A stretch of 60,114 bases of DNA, filler included, from Sphacelaria rigidula (lineage: Eukaryota): NCBI GenBank assembly GCA_964200075.2. It is 10 parts of 10 records of this genome, joined end to end, with 100 filler letters (N's around TTAATTAATTAA, not from the genome) between each part and the next. Parts side by side here need not be neighbours in the genome. Positions count along the whole stretch, not along the records: positions 36,131 to 42,051 come from CAXNAA020023474.1; positions 42,152 to 48,072 come from CAXNAA020023475.1; positions 48,173 to 54,093 come from CAXNAA020023476.1; 7 more parts are not named here. One strand, written 5' to 3'. Numbering within the stretch: the stretch's first letter is position 1; each line of letters begins with the position of its first letter. The translations under genes and the position numbers were made by a program. Below the pieces are notes generated by a model. It made no database searches. It worked only from the letters and a program-made list of their open reading frames with translations, and was not told the DNA's origin. This document shows positions 37,240-49,779 of the stretch, piece after piece.

Positions 37240-38170
37240 CTACATGCAGAGGTTCGTTGGTGTGAAGGAAGACGCGATCAGAGGAAGACAGGGAGCGAGG
37301 GTAAACAATATAATTTCGAGGGGGATCGAGCATGATACGCAATCGATCGTCCCGACTGAATGGGTACCAGTATTCCCCCTGAAAAAATTGATGACCAAGT
37401 TTGCTACCTACTTCAAGTCAAGGAAGCATTGCGATACCAAGCACTCACCCTTGATTGATCGATTGATTATCGCACCTTAACGCCCCTCCCTCCCCCCCCC
37501 CCCAGGGATCCAGCCTCGGTCAGTACTCATGGTGAATACCAAATGGAAACACTCGCTGAAGAAAAGTGAAGAAAAACAGAAAGGTAAAACAAACACAGAG
37601 AGTATACTAAGAAAAAGAAAAGAAAAAAAAGGAGGGTAGGAACAAAACAAGACAATGATGAACAAAATGAAGTAGAAGTGGCCGGCCCGTGTCACATGGC
37701 TTCTTCGGTGGAAGAAGTCTTGCGCAAAAAACCACTCTCATGCCCGATCCTTGAAACGTAAAAAATTGGTTGGAACAGATTGCGGCTCATCTATTTTCAC
37801 CCTTGTGGTGTGGAAACTTCGTTGCGGTCGTCGTGGACGGAATTGAAAACAAGGACACGATCTGATGAACATTGCACCAACCCCAACCCTTTGCCCGCCA
37901 GCGGGTAGGTAGGTGATTCGTTGAATGGAAATCACTTGAGCTCTAAAAAACACGGTAAACGATGCCGATTCAACAGATCCCCTGCCCCTGATGGGTGAAA
38001 GGGTCGACAAAACTGCAAACAACACATACATGCCGTGACTCATTGCAGTCCTGGTCGACCACCCACTTGCGAACTAGAGTACAGTGCCGTATATTCCAGC
38101 GGCGTTCTGTACTGCGTGATACGGTCATGACTTTTCCTGCAGCAATGTGGTGCTACAGAACCCTGTCCCA

Positions 38171-38213
<43 letters not shown>

Positions 38214-38323
38214 CCCCGCCCCGCCCCCCCCCCCCCCCCCCCACNNNNNNNNNNTTTTTTCCTCCCGGCTTTTTGTCGTCTTTCTTGCTTCCTTACTTTT
38301 CCCTCCGCCACTGGGGGTTTACC

Positions 38324-38357
<34 letters not shown>

Positions 38358-38391
38358 CCTAATGTAGTTCGGCTTCTGGCAGCTGTCTCAC

Positions 38392-38455
38392 CTACTTTCG
38401 TCCACTCAGGAACGTGGTCAGACTGTTCTCGAACGGGCATCGAAATGGCCTCCAC
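38392..38455 (-). CDS. GT8 glycogenin-like glycosyltransferase, exon (VEAISMPVREQSDHVPEWTKVG)
   Basis: Acceptor CTCTCTCCCCAG, donor TAG|GTGAGA. Its phase-1 end matches the exon at 37148-37239. Confidence 0.85.
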
Positions 38456-39191
38456 CTGGGGAGAGAGTGTCCACGCAAACCGTGTTCCAGGCAAGCGTTC
38501 ATCACTGCTGGGGCGGAGCGAGTTGCTGTGTGTACAAGTCGGCAGCACGGGTACGTGCTTGGGAATGAGGAGAAAAAAAAACATGCACCGAACGCTTCTG
38601 GACCTCCAGTCCAACAAAAAAATCATCTCGCAAAGCTAGATGCACCACAGTATGTATTTTTTGTACACACAGGTCTGAAACATGAAGATATGGGTTGCAT
38701 TGCATCAAATAGTAAGCCATTTATTTGTAGTAACTCACTACACTTGTACCGGGTTGACTTTTTCAGTTTGAGAGTTCGGCCGTCATGACTGTACACCACT
38801 TTTCGTTCCCCATGGTTTATTCTGACATAGGGACGGCACGGGTAGTCATAGTTTTCATCTGAAATGGAATATTTTCGTAATTTCCTCTTAATCGGCGATT
38901 TTCAATGGCTTTTTCCCGCGCCACCGCTCATTCCAGCGAGCGGTTGATCCTAGCGTTTTGGGCGTCGGGATATACTAAGTATCCGCTCCACATTACGCAA
39001 CAAAAATCGTCTCTGCGCTCAATATTGAACGGCTTACGGGGTTAATTGGCAGAGCGTGTTATTGACCGTTTTTGGTCCGAAACACGTTTCTTTTCGGCTC
39101 TTGCGCAATAAACACATGAAAAAGAAGAGATAAGGGCCCGTAAAAATCATTCATGAGAGTGATCGGAATTGGTTCACCCCCGCCTATGCTG

Positions 39192-39272
39192 GCACCGTCT
39201 CGAAAGGGATGCGTGGTCAATGGTCGAACGACTAAGGCAAGCAACAAATGAGTACGCCCCTCCCCCCCCCCC
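39192..39272 (+). repeat. Copy of the 75-bp dispersed repeat
   Basis: Matches the reverse complement of 6458-6530. Confidence 0.9.
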
Positions 39273-42200
39273 TCCGCGTCAATGCTATGCAAAGCTCGGT
39301 TGGGCATTTTTCGTTTGGGGGTACTTTTCTAAGTTTCATCGGGTAGTGTCCGTCCTTTGCGCTTAAAAGTCTCCCGTCGATAGATACTGGGAATAGAAGC
39401 AGGTCATGTACAGAACAAAATCCTGGATTGGGGTTGTCGGGGTGATACAGATTGAGCATCTTCTGCATCAGGGGGTGTTATCGACCGTGACTGGTCCAGA
39501 AGACACATTTTTTCGCCTCTAGCGCAATACATAGGAAGAAAGTGAAAAATATATATTCATTGATCATTTGTTCACGAGAACCTGGGGCTGGGTAGTCTCA
39601 GGGCCCCCGAAAACCGGTCAGACCGTAGGTCGTTCAATAATAAGTGCAGATGTGTTCTTATTTCAAAATATGGAGGGGATGCCTAGTATCTCCCGATCCC
39701 CAAACTTTGGGATTAAACGTTCACTGGGATGAGCGGTGGCACGCGAAAACACCTTGGAATATCCCAACTACGAAAAAAATACGAAAGTCTCCTACTCCTA
39801 TTTCATATGAAAACCACTGTCCGTCCCCAAGTCGCACTTACGGTCAAGACAGACCCGAACAACAACTAGTAAAGTTCACCACTTGGTCAACTGGGACTTT
39901 CTAAGAATTTTGTTACACCGATATTCGGATCTTTAGTGGGGCTGACAATCTCAAGAGCTACTATTACAGCGTGCGCAGAAACGCGCTTCTGTCGTAATCG
40001 GCGGGCCGATTGAGATATACCAACGCCACACCTTGCCTACTGTAGGGAACACTTGGCACCCCCCTCGCTCGAGGGTTCTCGACATTCCCTGGGTTGGGCT
40101 TTTGGAGATAGGGTTTGATTTAGCGTTCGTTCGAGAAAACGCATTTCCGATAAATTCCTCTACCCGACCAAGTGGCGAACCGTCCTCACATCAACACGGT
40201 GGTCGTCACTATCGACCTCTGTGACCGCCTGACTAGAAAATCTGAACCCCACCCCAGCCACGTCCGCACGCACCGTCCACATCACGCGCACTCCTAATAC
40301 CCAGGACGCCACGCCGTCCTTTACAACAGCTGTGTGGTCACGTGCTTACTTACGTTGGCGCGATCACGACAACTGTACTACTGTAATGCTAAAGAAGCAT
40401 CCACTGTCTTGACACGGCAAAGCCGCTGGATGTGGCTAAAGCACGAACATCTCCGACACGCGACCTCATGCATGGCAACAAAGGCCTCTTCTCCCGTGTA
40501 GACGTTGTCTCTCCCCTACAAACAACTGTTTCGAACCCCGAGCACATGTATAGGATGAAAAGGTAGCCATCCGCTGGTGCACGGGCGTTTAGATGGTTAG
40601 CCCTTAGACCGCTAGTCTCGTCCTCGGAACAGCATCACCGATCAACAGCGCAGGACCATCCGGGGGGTTTCCAGGGTGGCGTTGAAGAGGAGGGGCGGAT
40701 TGCCAGACCATCGTAAGCAGCTCTTCAGATCAACAACGCGTGTTTCCAGGAAATATTCAAGTCCAGCAACAACTCTGAGGCGCGTGGACTGTTCGAATCC
40801 AACTGCGAGCGTCGCCTCGGAACAGTTCCACCGGCTAACGGTCCATGCACATGCAGGGGCTTTCAGGGGGCGGGCGACGGGGGGTTGTGTGTGTGGGGGG
40901 GGGTGAACGTATGCTCTTGCATGCCGTAGTCGTGAGGCCATTGGCATCGCACCCCTACAAAGCCGGGACGAAGCACGTCGAGTTTCGCCGGACCAGGCTC
41001 ACAATCGATCGCCAAGCGCGAAGCGCCGTGATGTGTTGGGCGAGTCGTAGAAGGGGTGAGTTGCATCTGCCTTACGGGTGTCTCACCGTTTAACCACTAC
41101 GTAGTACGATCATTCCTTTAGCGGGGAGTTGAGATTCTCCACCCCGTGCAAAATGGTCCAAGTCGATCATCACGGTCACCGCAAAAAAAAAGCAAGAAAA
41201 ACAAAAAGAGGGTAACCTGGTGGCCTAGCTCAACCCTTGTAAGACCGGGCCTCCAGAACGACCAATGAGGCTGGTCAGGAATGACGTGTCTGGAGTCCAA
41301 ACGAAACAGTGGCGTGTTGCTGAAAATCCGCGTTTGTAAGCGCAGGGTTATGACGAAGACCGAAAGTTTCATCTAGTCATTTTTCAGGTGCACAGGTGCA
41401 GTGGTGTACATCTGATGTAGCAAGCAGTATGGGTCGCGATAGAGAGCTTCCAACAGGATGCGGCGACCGGCGGGCCGCCCGCCACTTGTGGCTTTGCATA
41501 ATAGTCTTGTCCCCATCACCTTGCCACACAGCCCTTTGTGGTCGGGGTGGGCCGCTGTTTCCCCCTTTTGCATGCGGCAAATTGTCTTCGAACGGTATCT
41601 GTGTTGCGGGACGCATGCATGCAACAGTATATTACAGTATAGGACAGTGTAGTACGCCTCTCCGACTGAAGCAGCAGCTGCCGCTGCATACTCCCTTGCA
41701 CGTTCTGGGCAATTCCCAGCTACTGAGATAAGAGAGAAAAAGAGACCTGCTGTTGTCACAGCAAGCACTGCAGTCTATATACCTCTCTAAAAATATACAG
41801 CTACGTATAACGAAGCGTTTTACACACATCACTTCTTGATTATACTCTACATAGCAGCGTGTACAGCAGTAGTAGTGCTATCGCAGCAGGACACACGACG
41901 CTATACCGTAAATGCCCCGTGGACATCACTCCTCCTTACTATATACGGCGGTGTTGTGTACAGCAAGCAGCCGGTGCAGTATGTGACATGCGGTGTATTG
42001 AGAGGGGGGTGGAAGATCCGTGTCAACGGCATTGAGCGGGGTGCCGCGGTTNNNNNNNNNNNNNNNNNNNNNNNNNNNNNNNNNNNNNNNNNNNNTTAAT
42101 TAATTAANNNNNNNNNNNNNNNNNNNNNNNNNNNNNNNNNNNNNNNNNNNNGGATGCGTGGTCGATGGCCACACGACTGAGGTAAGCAACAAATGAGTAC

Positions 42201-42349
42201 GCCCCCCCACACACACCGATCGACGCGAGTGCGGACCCAGAATCCAGAATAACGCGGGCCATGAACGAACCTACAAAACCTGACAAGGATAAATCTGCGC
42301 TTAAGCATTCAGCCTTGCGATCCACAGGTACCACGCCTGCTGAAGAACC

Positions 42350-43594
42350 CTATTCGATGCCAAGAGTCACCTGACGCGAGGACTGCCCTCCAGCACTTGG
42401 CCTCGATAGCTGCGAATCGTCGGTCCAACCAGACCAAGTCGCCGAATATGCAGACGGCGCTGTTACAGCCGTCGCAGCAGTAAGGAATGCACCAGACACG
42501 GATCCTGCCTGGCCGAGAGGTTGCAAACTATTCGCTCCAGCACTCCCCACCGAAGTATTTGCATTTCCCACGTATACTGTCCACCCCGCTACGCACGAAC
42601 CGTGAGATCCAGAGTCACCACCTGATGACGTAGTGGAAGAAACAGCAGCGGAGGAACAACCACCCGCCGCCGATTGCTTGCTACCGCGGTCGCCGCGCCC
42701 GCGTGCCTGATTGGCACGGCCCCGTCCACCGTGACGACCGCCCCTAGATCTTGATGAATCTCGCGCATTGCCCTGTGCCACGCCTTGAGCGCAAGGCTTG
42801 GGGCAATCGTTGATCATATGTCCGATGTCGCCGCAGTTGTAACATGCGCGAGTGGACGACGCTCGCGAAGAGGGCTGCTGTTTCTGTTGTTGTTGCTGTT
42901 TGCGGCGCATACCACCTGCACTTGTTGCAGAATCGCGCCGGCTATGTGCTTCAATGAACTTCCACTGGTCGGCCACCTCAAACATGTTTCTGAACACCAC
43001 CGCCGGGTTCTTTTTCCAGCCGTCAACATACGTTAGTACACTTCCAACATACGCCTTGAATTCCGGGGGCGAAATCCCGTCCACCAAAGCTATGGAAACC
43101 GACTCGGCCGGGCCTGACAACCAAATCCTGTTCTCCGCACGGTACATGGCTTGCATCATCAGGTTTTCTGAGAAAAACCTTTCCATAGCTGAACTGACCA
43201 TCATCGCACGGTCCTTGACAGACTTCCCACCGCTGTGTGGCATAATAAGAAGTCTACGCAGGTCTGCTGCAGCCCGCGTAGCGTCATGCTTTCCGCTAGT
43301 TGTGGTGTACCCGGCATGCTGCTTCCCAGCATCAAGCAATTTGTCGAGGGTCACAGCCCGATGGTCCTTGTACATATCTTCGAAGCATCGGTGAATATGG
43401 GTAGGGATGAGTTGACCTATGCTCACCATCTCATGCCTCACGACTCCCTGTGAATTCGCGAGACTCAAACGCTCTATGCATTCAAGATATGCTGCGAAAA
43501 AGACGCGTGATGCCTCCTCTGTCCACACTCCGCCATACTCAGGCGGTTCTAACGACTCACCCAACACCAGCGGCGCTGCCGCCGCTTGAGTCAT
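42350..43594 (-). CDS. Ty3/gypsy gag-like ORF, 414 aa, with CCHC knuckle
   Basis: Open frame from ATG; CYNCGDIGHMINDC followed by an RGG-rich tract; downstream of the candidate LTR. Confidence 0.88.
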   Translation of the reverse strand: MTQAAAAPLVLGESLEPPEYGGVWTEEASRVFFAAYLECIERLSLANSQGVVRHEMVSIGQLIPTHIHRCFEDMYKDHRAVTLDKLLDAGKQHAGYTTTSGKHDATRAAADLRRLLIMPHSGGKSVKDRAMMVSSAMERFFSENLMMQAMYRAENRIWLSGPAESVSIALVDGISPPEFKAYVGSVLTYVDGWKKNPAVVFRNMFEVADQWKFIEAHSRRDSATSAGGMRRKQQQQQKQQPSSRASSTRACYNCGDIGHMINDCPKPCAQGVAQGNARDSSRSRGGRHGGRGRANQARGRGDRGSKQSAAGGCSSAAVSSTTSSGGDSGSHGSCVAGWTVYVGNANTSVGSAGANSLQPLGQAGSVSGAFLTAATAVTAPSAYSATWSGWTDDSQLSRPSAGGQSSRQVTLGIE

Positions 43595-43792
43595 GTCGTC
43601 TATGCTTCAAACACTTCACGGAGAGACTCTTGCCTGACTTGTGCGTCCTCCAGCTCACGGAGCGTCCCCCAGTGTTGTGCGCTCCAAGTTGGTCTCCTCC
43701 ATTCTGCGTGCTAAACTGGCTCTCAGCTGTAGCCTACTCTCTCCTCAGCCAAACTCCTCTAACAGAGGGCCGGAAGAATAATATCTCGATAT

Positions 43793-44002
43793 TTTAGCTT
43801 CTGCCAGACGATCTGGACAAGAACACTATCCACGAGGGACTCCTCCAGTAGCACTGGCCTTGTGCTCGACAAGTCATTTCTTCTAACTTGTTATTATTGC
43901 CGAGTGATCCTCTACAGACCACATCAAGAGCTAAACAGCAAGGGACCACACAGATGAGGGTCACCCATCCAGGATCCCCTGTCCCCTGCCACTGCTCCAA
44001 TC
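43793..44002 (-). repeat. Candidate 5' LTR (distal part)
   Basis: Homologous to 16630-16834 (GATTGGAGCAGTGGCAGGGGACAGGGGATCCTGGAT...CACAAGGCCAGTG...CAGATCGT). No canonical PBS recognised. Confidence 0.75.
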
Positions 44003-45025
44003 ATGCATGCGATTATACTGAAACCTACGGCTCGGTGTCGTTTGGCTACATGGGTTATCTTCTCTAAGTCACCCGACCGGGATAGGCACCGCTACCTATA
44101 ACTCACCCAGACTCACCCAGCCAGAACATGCACCGCTGAGCTGTCTTCTATAACAACTTACCCGATGACGACTGTATAAGGCAAGCAATAATAAATGAGT
44201 CCCCCCCCCACCACCACTACCACCACCACCATGAATGGTGGGCAATGGGGGAAAGCGTTAAGTCGAGTTCATCTGAGTTGAGTTTTCTGAGGTGTGAAAC
44301 GTTTCTCGACTTTCTGTGAGGAAACCAGCTCAATTCTCTCCGATTCCCTGGACGCCGATTTTTGTTTATTTCACCCTATGATTATGCCCGAATTAGACCG
44401 CCGCGCCCCGGTGGTGTATTTGTCCGACTGTCGCCATTAGGGTGGAAGAGAACGAAGGTTCAATTCTTGATGCGTTGGGGTTTTTTCTTCGTAATATCTG
44501 ATTTCCACCGTGGAAAGCGTGAGAACGTGAGTAAACAAAGTAGTTAACTCAGTTTGTTTGACGTGAGTCGACGCGGTGCGGGAGTGCTGACCCAATCCGC
44601 GAGACCAAAATGCAAGGCGTGTACCGGGGGAGAGATGGGTTTATCCTTTGAGACCACGGACTCGTCCCGAGGAAAGGGGGGGGGTTCAAAGTGCGACAAA
44701 CAAAACAAAATTGAGACGATTCAGAAAATGTGTGCGCGAGGGGCGATTTCGGCCGCAGATTTGTTTTGGTACAAACGTATTCGGGATTGTCTCGGTTTGA
44801 GCAAAAAGGTTGGTTATTGACGCAGATGACAACAGATCCTGAAAATGAGGTTGAAAATTCAAACGGGGCTGAAATCGCCTTCCAAAATGTCTCATGTCAT
44901 GATCAACAGTTTTGCAAAGACTGCAAACTGAGGATTTTTTCGTCTGCTGAAACGTCCCGCAGCTTGCCTTCACACGCGGCCAGTCAGCTACCCCCAATAA
45001 TACTCTGTTCCGGTCATCGTTTCGA

Positions 45026-45308
45026 GCCTCCAGAGGGATCAAACGCCTCGGGAGGGTGCGCGGCCCTCCAGAGGGGTGGGATCAAACGCCTCCAGAGACT
45101 TGTGTTGCCTCTGGAGGGCCGCGCATCCTCCAGAGGAATTTGGAGGAATTTGGAGGATGCGCGGCCCTCCAGAGCGCCATCTTTTTTGTTACTCTCGAGG
45201 GATTCAGAACTTAGAAGTCACTGGAGCATCAGATGCCCTCCAGAGGATTCGTTTATGACTGCACCTGGGGATGAAATACCCTCTAGAGGGTATTTTACCC
45301 TCGAGAGG
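45026..45308. repeat. Cluster of about 10 CCTC-NN-GAGG quasi-palindromes
   Basis: CCTCCAGAGG, CCTCTGGAGG, CCTCGGGAGG, CCTCTAGAGG and CCTCGAGAGG variants at irregular spacing. Confidence 0.85.
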
Positions 45309-45407
45309 ATGAAAACCGCGATTGAGAATTATTATGGTGGTAACCGAATGGCCGCGTGTGTTGTCACGCATTGTTGCTCCGGTTTTTCAAGCCATAACGT
45401 CATGTAT

Positions 45408-45764
45408 CTCCTTTGAACATTCGAGACCGTTCTCACCAGGTGAGAGGAGGGTGCTTTCGTCCGCCTCCATCGGGTTTTATCAAAACAAAATTCGGATTTT
45501 ACGAGCTCTCTCGAAATGATGAAAGACGGAACCCTTTCGTGAGAAGTAAATTGCCGCCGTTGGTGTGTCGGACAATAATTATCATTGCTGGAAACGTTTT
45601 ATAGACGTAAAAAGGAAGTTTCACAGATAGGAATTTCCCTGCCCCTTACGAATTTCCTCAGGACTCGTGAACAACTCCTGGACCAATTTTTCCCATAATG
45701 AGGGAATCAAATGAACAGCGCCTTCCCTCACCTGGTGAGAGTCGTTTCAAATGTACTAAAGGAG
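45408..45764. mobile_element. MITE with imperfect TIRs of about 50 bp
   Basis: CTCCTTTGAACATTCGAGACCGTTCTCACCAGGTGAG versus CTCACCTGGTGAGAGTCGTTTCAAATGTACTAAAGGAG. Confidence 0.75.
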
Positions 45765-46556
45765 TTATAGACACGACAGCAACAGTGCCCCCCCGCTGCG
45801 TTCCTTCCCTTCGTCTATGAGCATCACCAAAGATAGTATCAGATTCCACCAAACGTTCGGAGGGCGTGATATCTTTCTGCCGCCAGCTATTAAGTTCAAC
45901 ACTTCAACCACCAGGGTGGTTGATCTGGGTTTGTGTTCACTTTTCAAGAAAAACGGATGCCGAAGGAATACATGACCCCACCCTGGAAGTGACACACTCT
46001 TCATGCTCTTTCAAATAGCGGACGGATGCTGTAGAGACCGCATGGCGCACGTGATGGCACCGATAGACTCAACACAACTAACACACAGAAGAGCACAATA
46101 CAGTCAAAATGATGACGTATGTTCCGGTACACGCCACACTCTCTACCTTGGATCCTTTATTCGGCTCGATACACCAGGTGGCCGCTCTTTCTCTTCATAA
46201 TTTGTCGAAGTGCATCAGGGCCCGTTTCAACGAGGAGGCAACAAAAGTGAGCATGAAATAGTGATGGAAATGATAGTGATGTGCCTGTTCACAACTTCAT
46301 CACCACGAGAAAATGAGGCCTCATTTGTATCGATGGGTACAAAATGATTACACTGGAAATGCAATGGCGGTAACAATACGAAAGCAGACCGAGGATTCCC
46401 AGCAGGGTGGCAATCACGAGCAGGGCGCATCGGCATTTTCGTACGCTGGAAACGCGGACCGCCTCCCGCACGAGGAGGAGAGGCGGCGGCAGTAGCATCT
46501 CCACTACCAGCAGCCGTGTACGGTTGGATGTGCGGCTGAATCAGCCGGTGCCGGTA

Positions 46557-46594
<38 letters not shown>

Positions 46595-46638
46595 GTTCTT
46601 CCTCGTGCGAGAGACGGTCCGTGTTTCGGCTGTAAACA

Positions 46639-46888
46639 GAGGATCCTGGGAAATGGGGGTTGACTTTCGAATGGGGCTGAATAACTCAACTTCCGAAAAT
46701 TCACATTTTCCTCAGAACAGTTTAAACAGAAACTACCAACAATGCGCGATAAGGCAAGCTGGCGGAAGTTTCATCAGGCAAATGAAATCCTCGGTTGTTT
46801 TCGCAGAACTGTTCCGGGGAAAAGGTGAGTTTTCGGAAGGTAGGTTCAGTCAGCCTCATTTGAAAACTCAAGCTAACAGCCGATCCTC
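46639..46888. mobile_element. Fold-back MITE, 250 bp, GAG..CTC termini
   Basis: Arms CTTCCGAAAATTCACATTTTCCTCAGAACAGTT versus AACTGTTCCGGGGAAAAGGTGAGTTTTCGGAAG; ends GAGGATC / GATCCTC. Confidence 0.75.
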
Positions 46889-47027
46889 AAAAATGGGGTC
46901 GAACATAAAAATGAGCTTCGAACGTCATGTCTAATTTTCAGGGATGTTGTGAAACATTTACACCAAGGGAAAGTATTTCCCCAAAAAACACTCTGTAGCA
47001 GTTAGGCAGGTGTGGCTACGTGCACCG

Positions 47028-47381
47028 TGTTGAGATACCGATTGACTGCTGAGCTAAACAGCCGCAGCGCTGACTGTTGAGCTCAGCAGTCGACCGATAT
47101 CTTAACAAAAGCTAAGTTTGGTGGGTCCGCCGCATGACATGATTAACGCTGTTAAGTTCAAGCGGTAGACTTTGACCGCACCCGGTGCTCAACATCGAAG
47201 TCAAGTTTTTTGGCTTTTTCCTTTTTTTTTCGAACGCAATCTCGCGATATCGAAGAATGCTTTGACTTACACAGGCGGGATTCGAAGCCGAGAGCTTGGC
47301 TCCTGTTAAGATACCGGTTGACTGCTGAGCTAAACAGCCAGCGCTAGCTGTTTACCTCAGCAGTCAACCGGTATCTTCACA
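47028..47381. mobile_element. 354-bp element with two palindromic terminal repeats of about 80 bp and a 5-bp TSD
   Basis: Repeats 47028-47107 and 47304-47381 each run TGT..ACA and are self-complementary. CACCG flanks both outer ends. Confidence 0.8.
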
Positions 47382-48591
47382 CACCGAACAATTGCGGTGT
47401 GCACGCGTGTCGATGACGACATCACCAGAAGGGCAACGGCGGAGAGGAAGCCCCTCGCCGGTATCCTTTGTATATCCTCGTTCGGCGATTCCCAATCGCT
47501 CGAGAGATTAGCATCATATCGCAATCACATACCCAAGTTGCCATGTGTCGGCAGGCGGGTTGTTGCAGCACAGCCCCGGGAACAAGATCGGGATGCCCAC
47601 GGCTGTCGTGTCCTGTGTGTGGCGCTGACCAATGCGAAGGTCGATTACTCTCTGCCTCTCTGCTCGGGCAGAACGTGCCTCTGTGCACAGTAGAACACGT
47701 CGTCGAAGAGCAGGGCGGCGTTCCCGTCACCGCTGCTGTTCTCACACACACGTGCTAGTAAGGGCGGTTGCGCCGTTTCGCCGAGATCTAATAATCGCAA
47801 GCTGGGGGGTGTTATTGTAATCGTTGATTCCACCCGACGTCTGCAAAGCAAGGACAAGAGTCTGCCGCATTCCAGTTGGGGGGATGTACGAGAGATCAAA
47901 CACTCGTGAAGACCTTCTTGCAATGCGGAGTGAAAAAGATACCTCTGGCGGTGAGTTAACGTTTGCTGGCGTGACCCATATGGGGGCTGGCGCCCTGTAG
48001 TGTAAGCTTTTCTGCGTAAAAACGGTCACTTGTTCAGCATGAGGGGGGGGGGGGGGGGGGGGGGGGGCACAGNNNNNNNNNNNNNNNNNNNNNNNNNNNN
48101 NNNNNNNNNNNNNNNNTTAATTAATTAANNNNNNNNNNNNNNNNNNNNNNNNNNNNNNNNNNNNNNNNNNNNTAGAGAAGGGCGACAATTGTGTCCTCTT
48201 CAGTCTGAGTCTGGTACAAACTACTGTTCCGAACAGGATCATTTGTGTCTTGGCTACAGTATGGGTAAAACGGACACCCTCGTACTGGTTGGCAGTGTGG
48301 GAGCCAGCGACATTACGCCATTAATAAATAAGATAAGATACAATATTCCGGAATGGGGGTTGGAATTGGATTGGGGTGGGATGGGTTTTTCATTTTTGGG
48401 ATAAGGGAACATAATATAGATTATGGTTACAAATCATGTTTTGTAGCGACGCATATATCACACACTTGTTAACACCTCACGAGAGTTAAAGCAACCGCGT
48501 GTCATGCCGTTTTTTCCTTCTGACGTTAGGTGTGTCGATGAGCTGTAGGCCGCACGGAGAAAAGACCCCCGATTACTCCACTGTACGACAG

Positions 48592-48809
48592 GCTTCCGGG
48601 ACAGGCCCGGCCACGACAGCAAGGTGGCCGCGCATGGTGCCATCGTCGAGACCGCACCAGCGTCTATCGAGTCGGATGGAGACGGCGATTTCGCCGGTGG
48701 CCGTGACGACGCAGGGTCGTCTCCCGCCGATGCCAACGGTTATTGCGTATTCGAACCCGACGCCGGCGACGAAGACAACTCTGAAAAGAACGAGGAATAC
48801 GACTTGTAA
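48592..48809 (+). CDS. Possible terminal exon of a host gene (acidic tail ...EDNSEKNEEYDL*)
   Basis: CAG acceptor and GC-rich third positions. An alternative frame (48499-49044) is also open. Confidence 0.35.
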
Positions 48810-49779
48810 ACTCCGGCGATGGCTGTTCTCGCCGCAGCATCCATCGATCGTGCTGATCAGGATGCGAGGATACGCGGGCACACCCTCCCTGTTTCGCGGT
48901 GCCAGCGCCTCCAATCCACGACCTCATCAGCGGGGACAAACTAGTGTAGCGACGTTACGACGCCACACTATGTTTCCAAAATGGCGAAGAAAAAATTCTG
49001 CAAGTGTTGATTTCGTTTCATGGTCGAAATCTAGGGACCTGTGATTGAGGGAGGGGCTGCACGTTTTGCGCCGAGTATGGTGCTTTTGTATAATGTCATG
49101 AGTTCAAGTGATGATGTACCTCTTGCGCTGGAACTTCATGGTATTGTTGGCGGTACTATGTTTCACACAATAATTCTCGAACTGTAGTCGTACAATTTTA
49201 TGGGTGGAGCGTTCTCGTAGGCCTGTATGGCGCGATCATTATCTTGTGTTTGAGCTGGATGGTTTTGTACGTGTAAGCAGACAAACGTCGCGAGAGTGAT
49301 AACAAGAGAATAATGCCGCGGCATTGTTTTTTTACGGGGGGGGGGGGGGGGGGGATGAGGGGGAAAAAAACAACACCCGAAGCGCAATATTGTTTTTGTC
49401 CGAACATTCGCAAATAGTGGCATATATANNNNNNNNNNAGAAGATAAAGAAAAGAAAGTAAAAGACTGGCGTTGTGGGGTGGTGTGTGGGGGGGGGGGGG
49501 GGGGGGGGGGATTATGGTGAAACAAACAACTCACGGCGATCAATATATCTTGTCTCACATACTTCAGATATATAGGTATATATACGTGATTTCGGAGATG
49601 ATGAGATATGAATACATGAACGAACACAGCTACGGCCCAACCGCATTCCATGGGGCGGCACGTCTCAGCAGTGGTTATTATATCCGGGTATGACCTTGCT
49701 CGTGGCCCACCCAACAGGGGCCGTGCATGTTCTAGCGTTGTAAATGGCACCCGTGGTTGTAAGGGAGGACAGGACTCGA

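Noticed and set aside
38170..38360. Poly-Pro and poly-Gly ORFs
   Set aside because: They arise from intronic C homopolymers beside an N gap; lengths are unreliable.
41345..41375. Hammerhead-like TGACGAAGACCGAAAG
   Set aside because: No complete CUGANGA core, and I could not build stems I-III.
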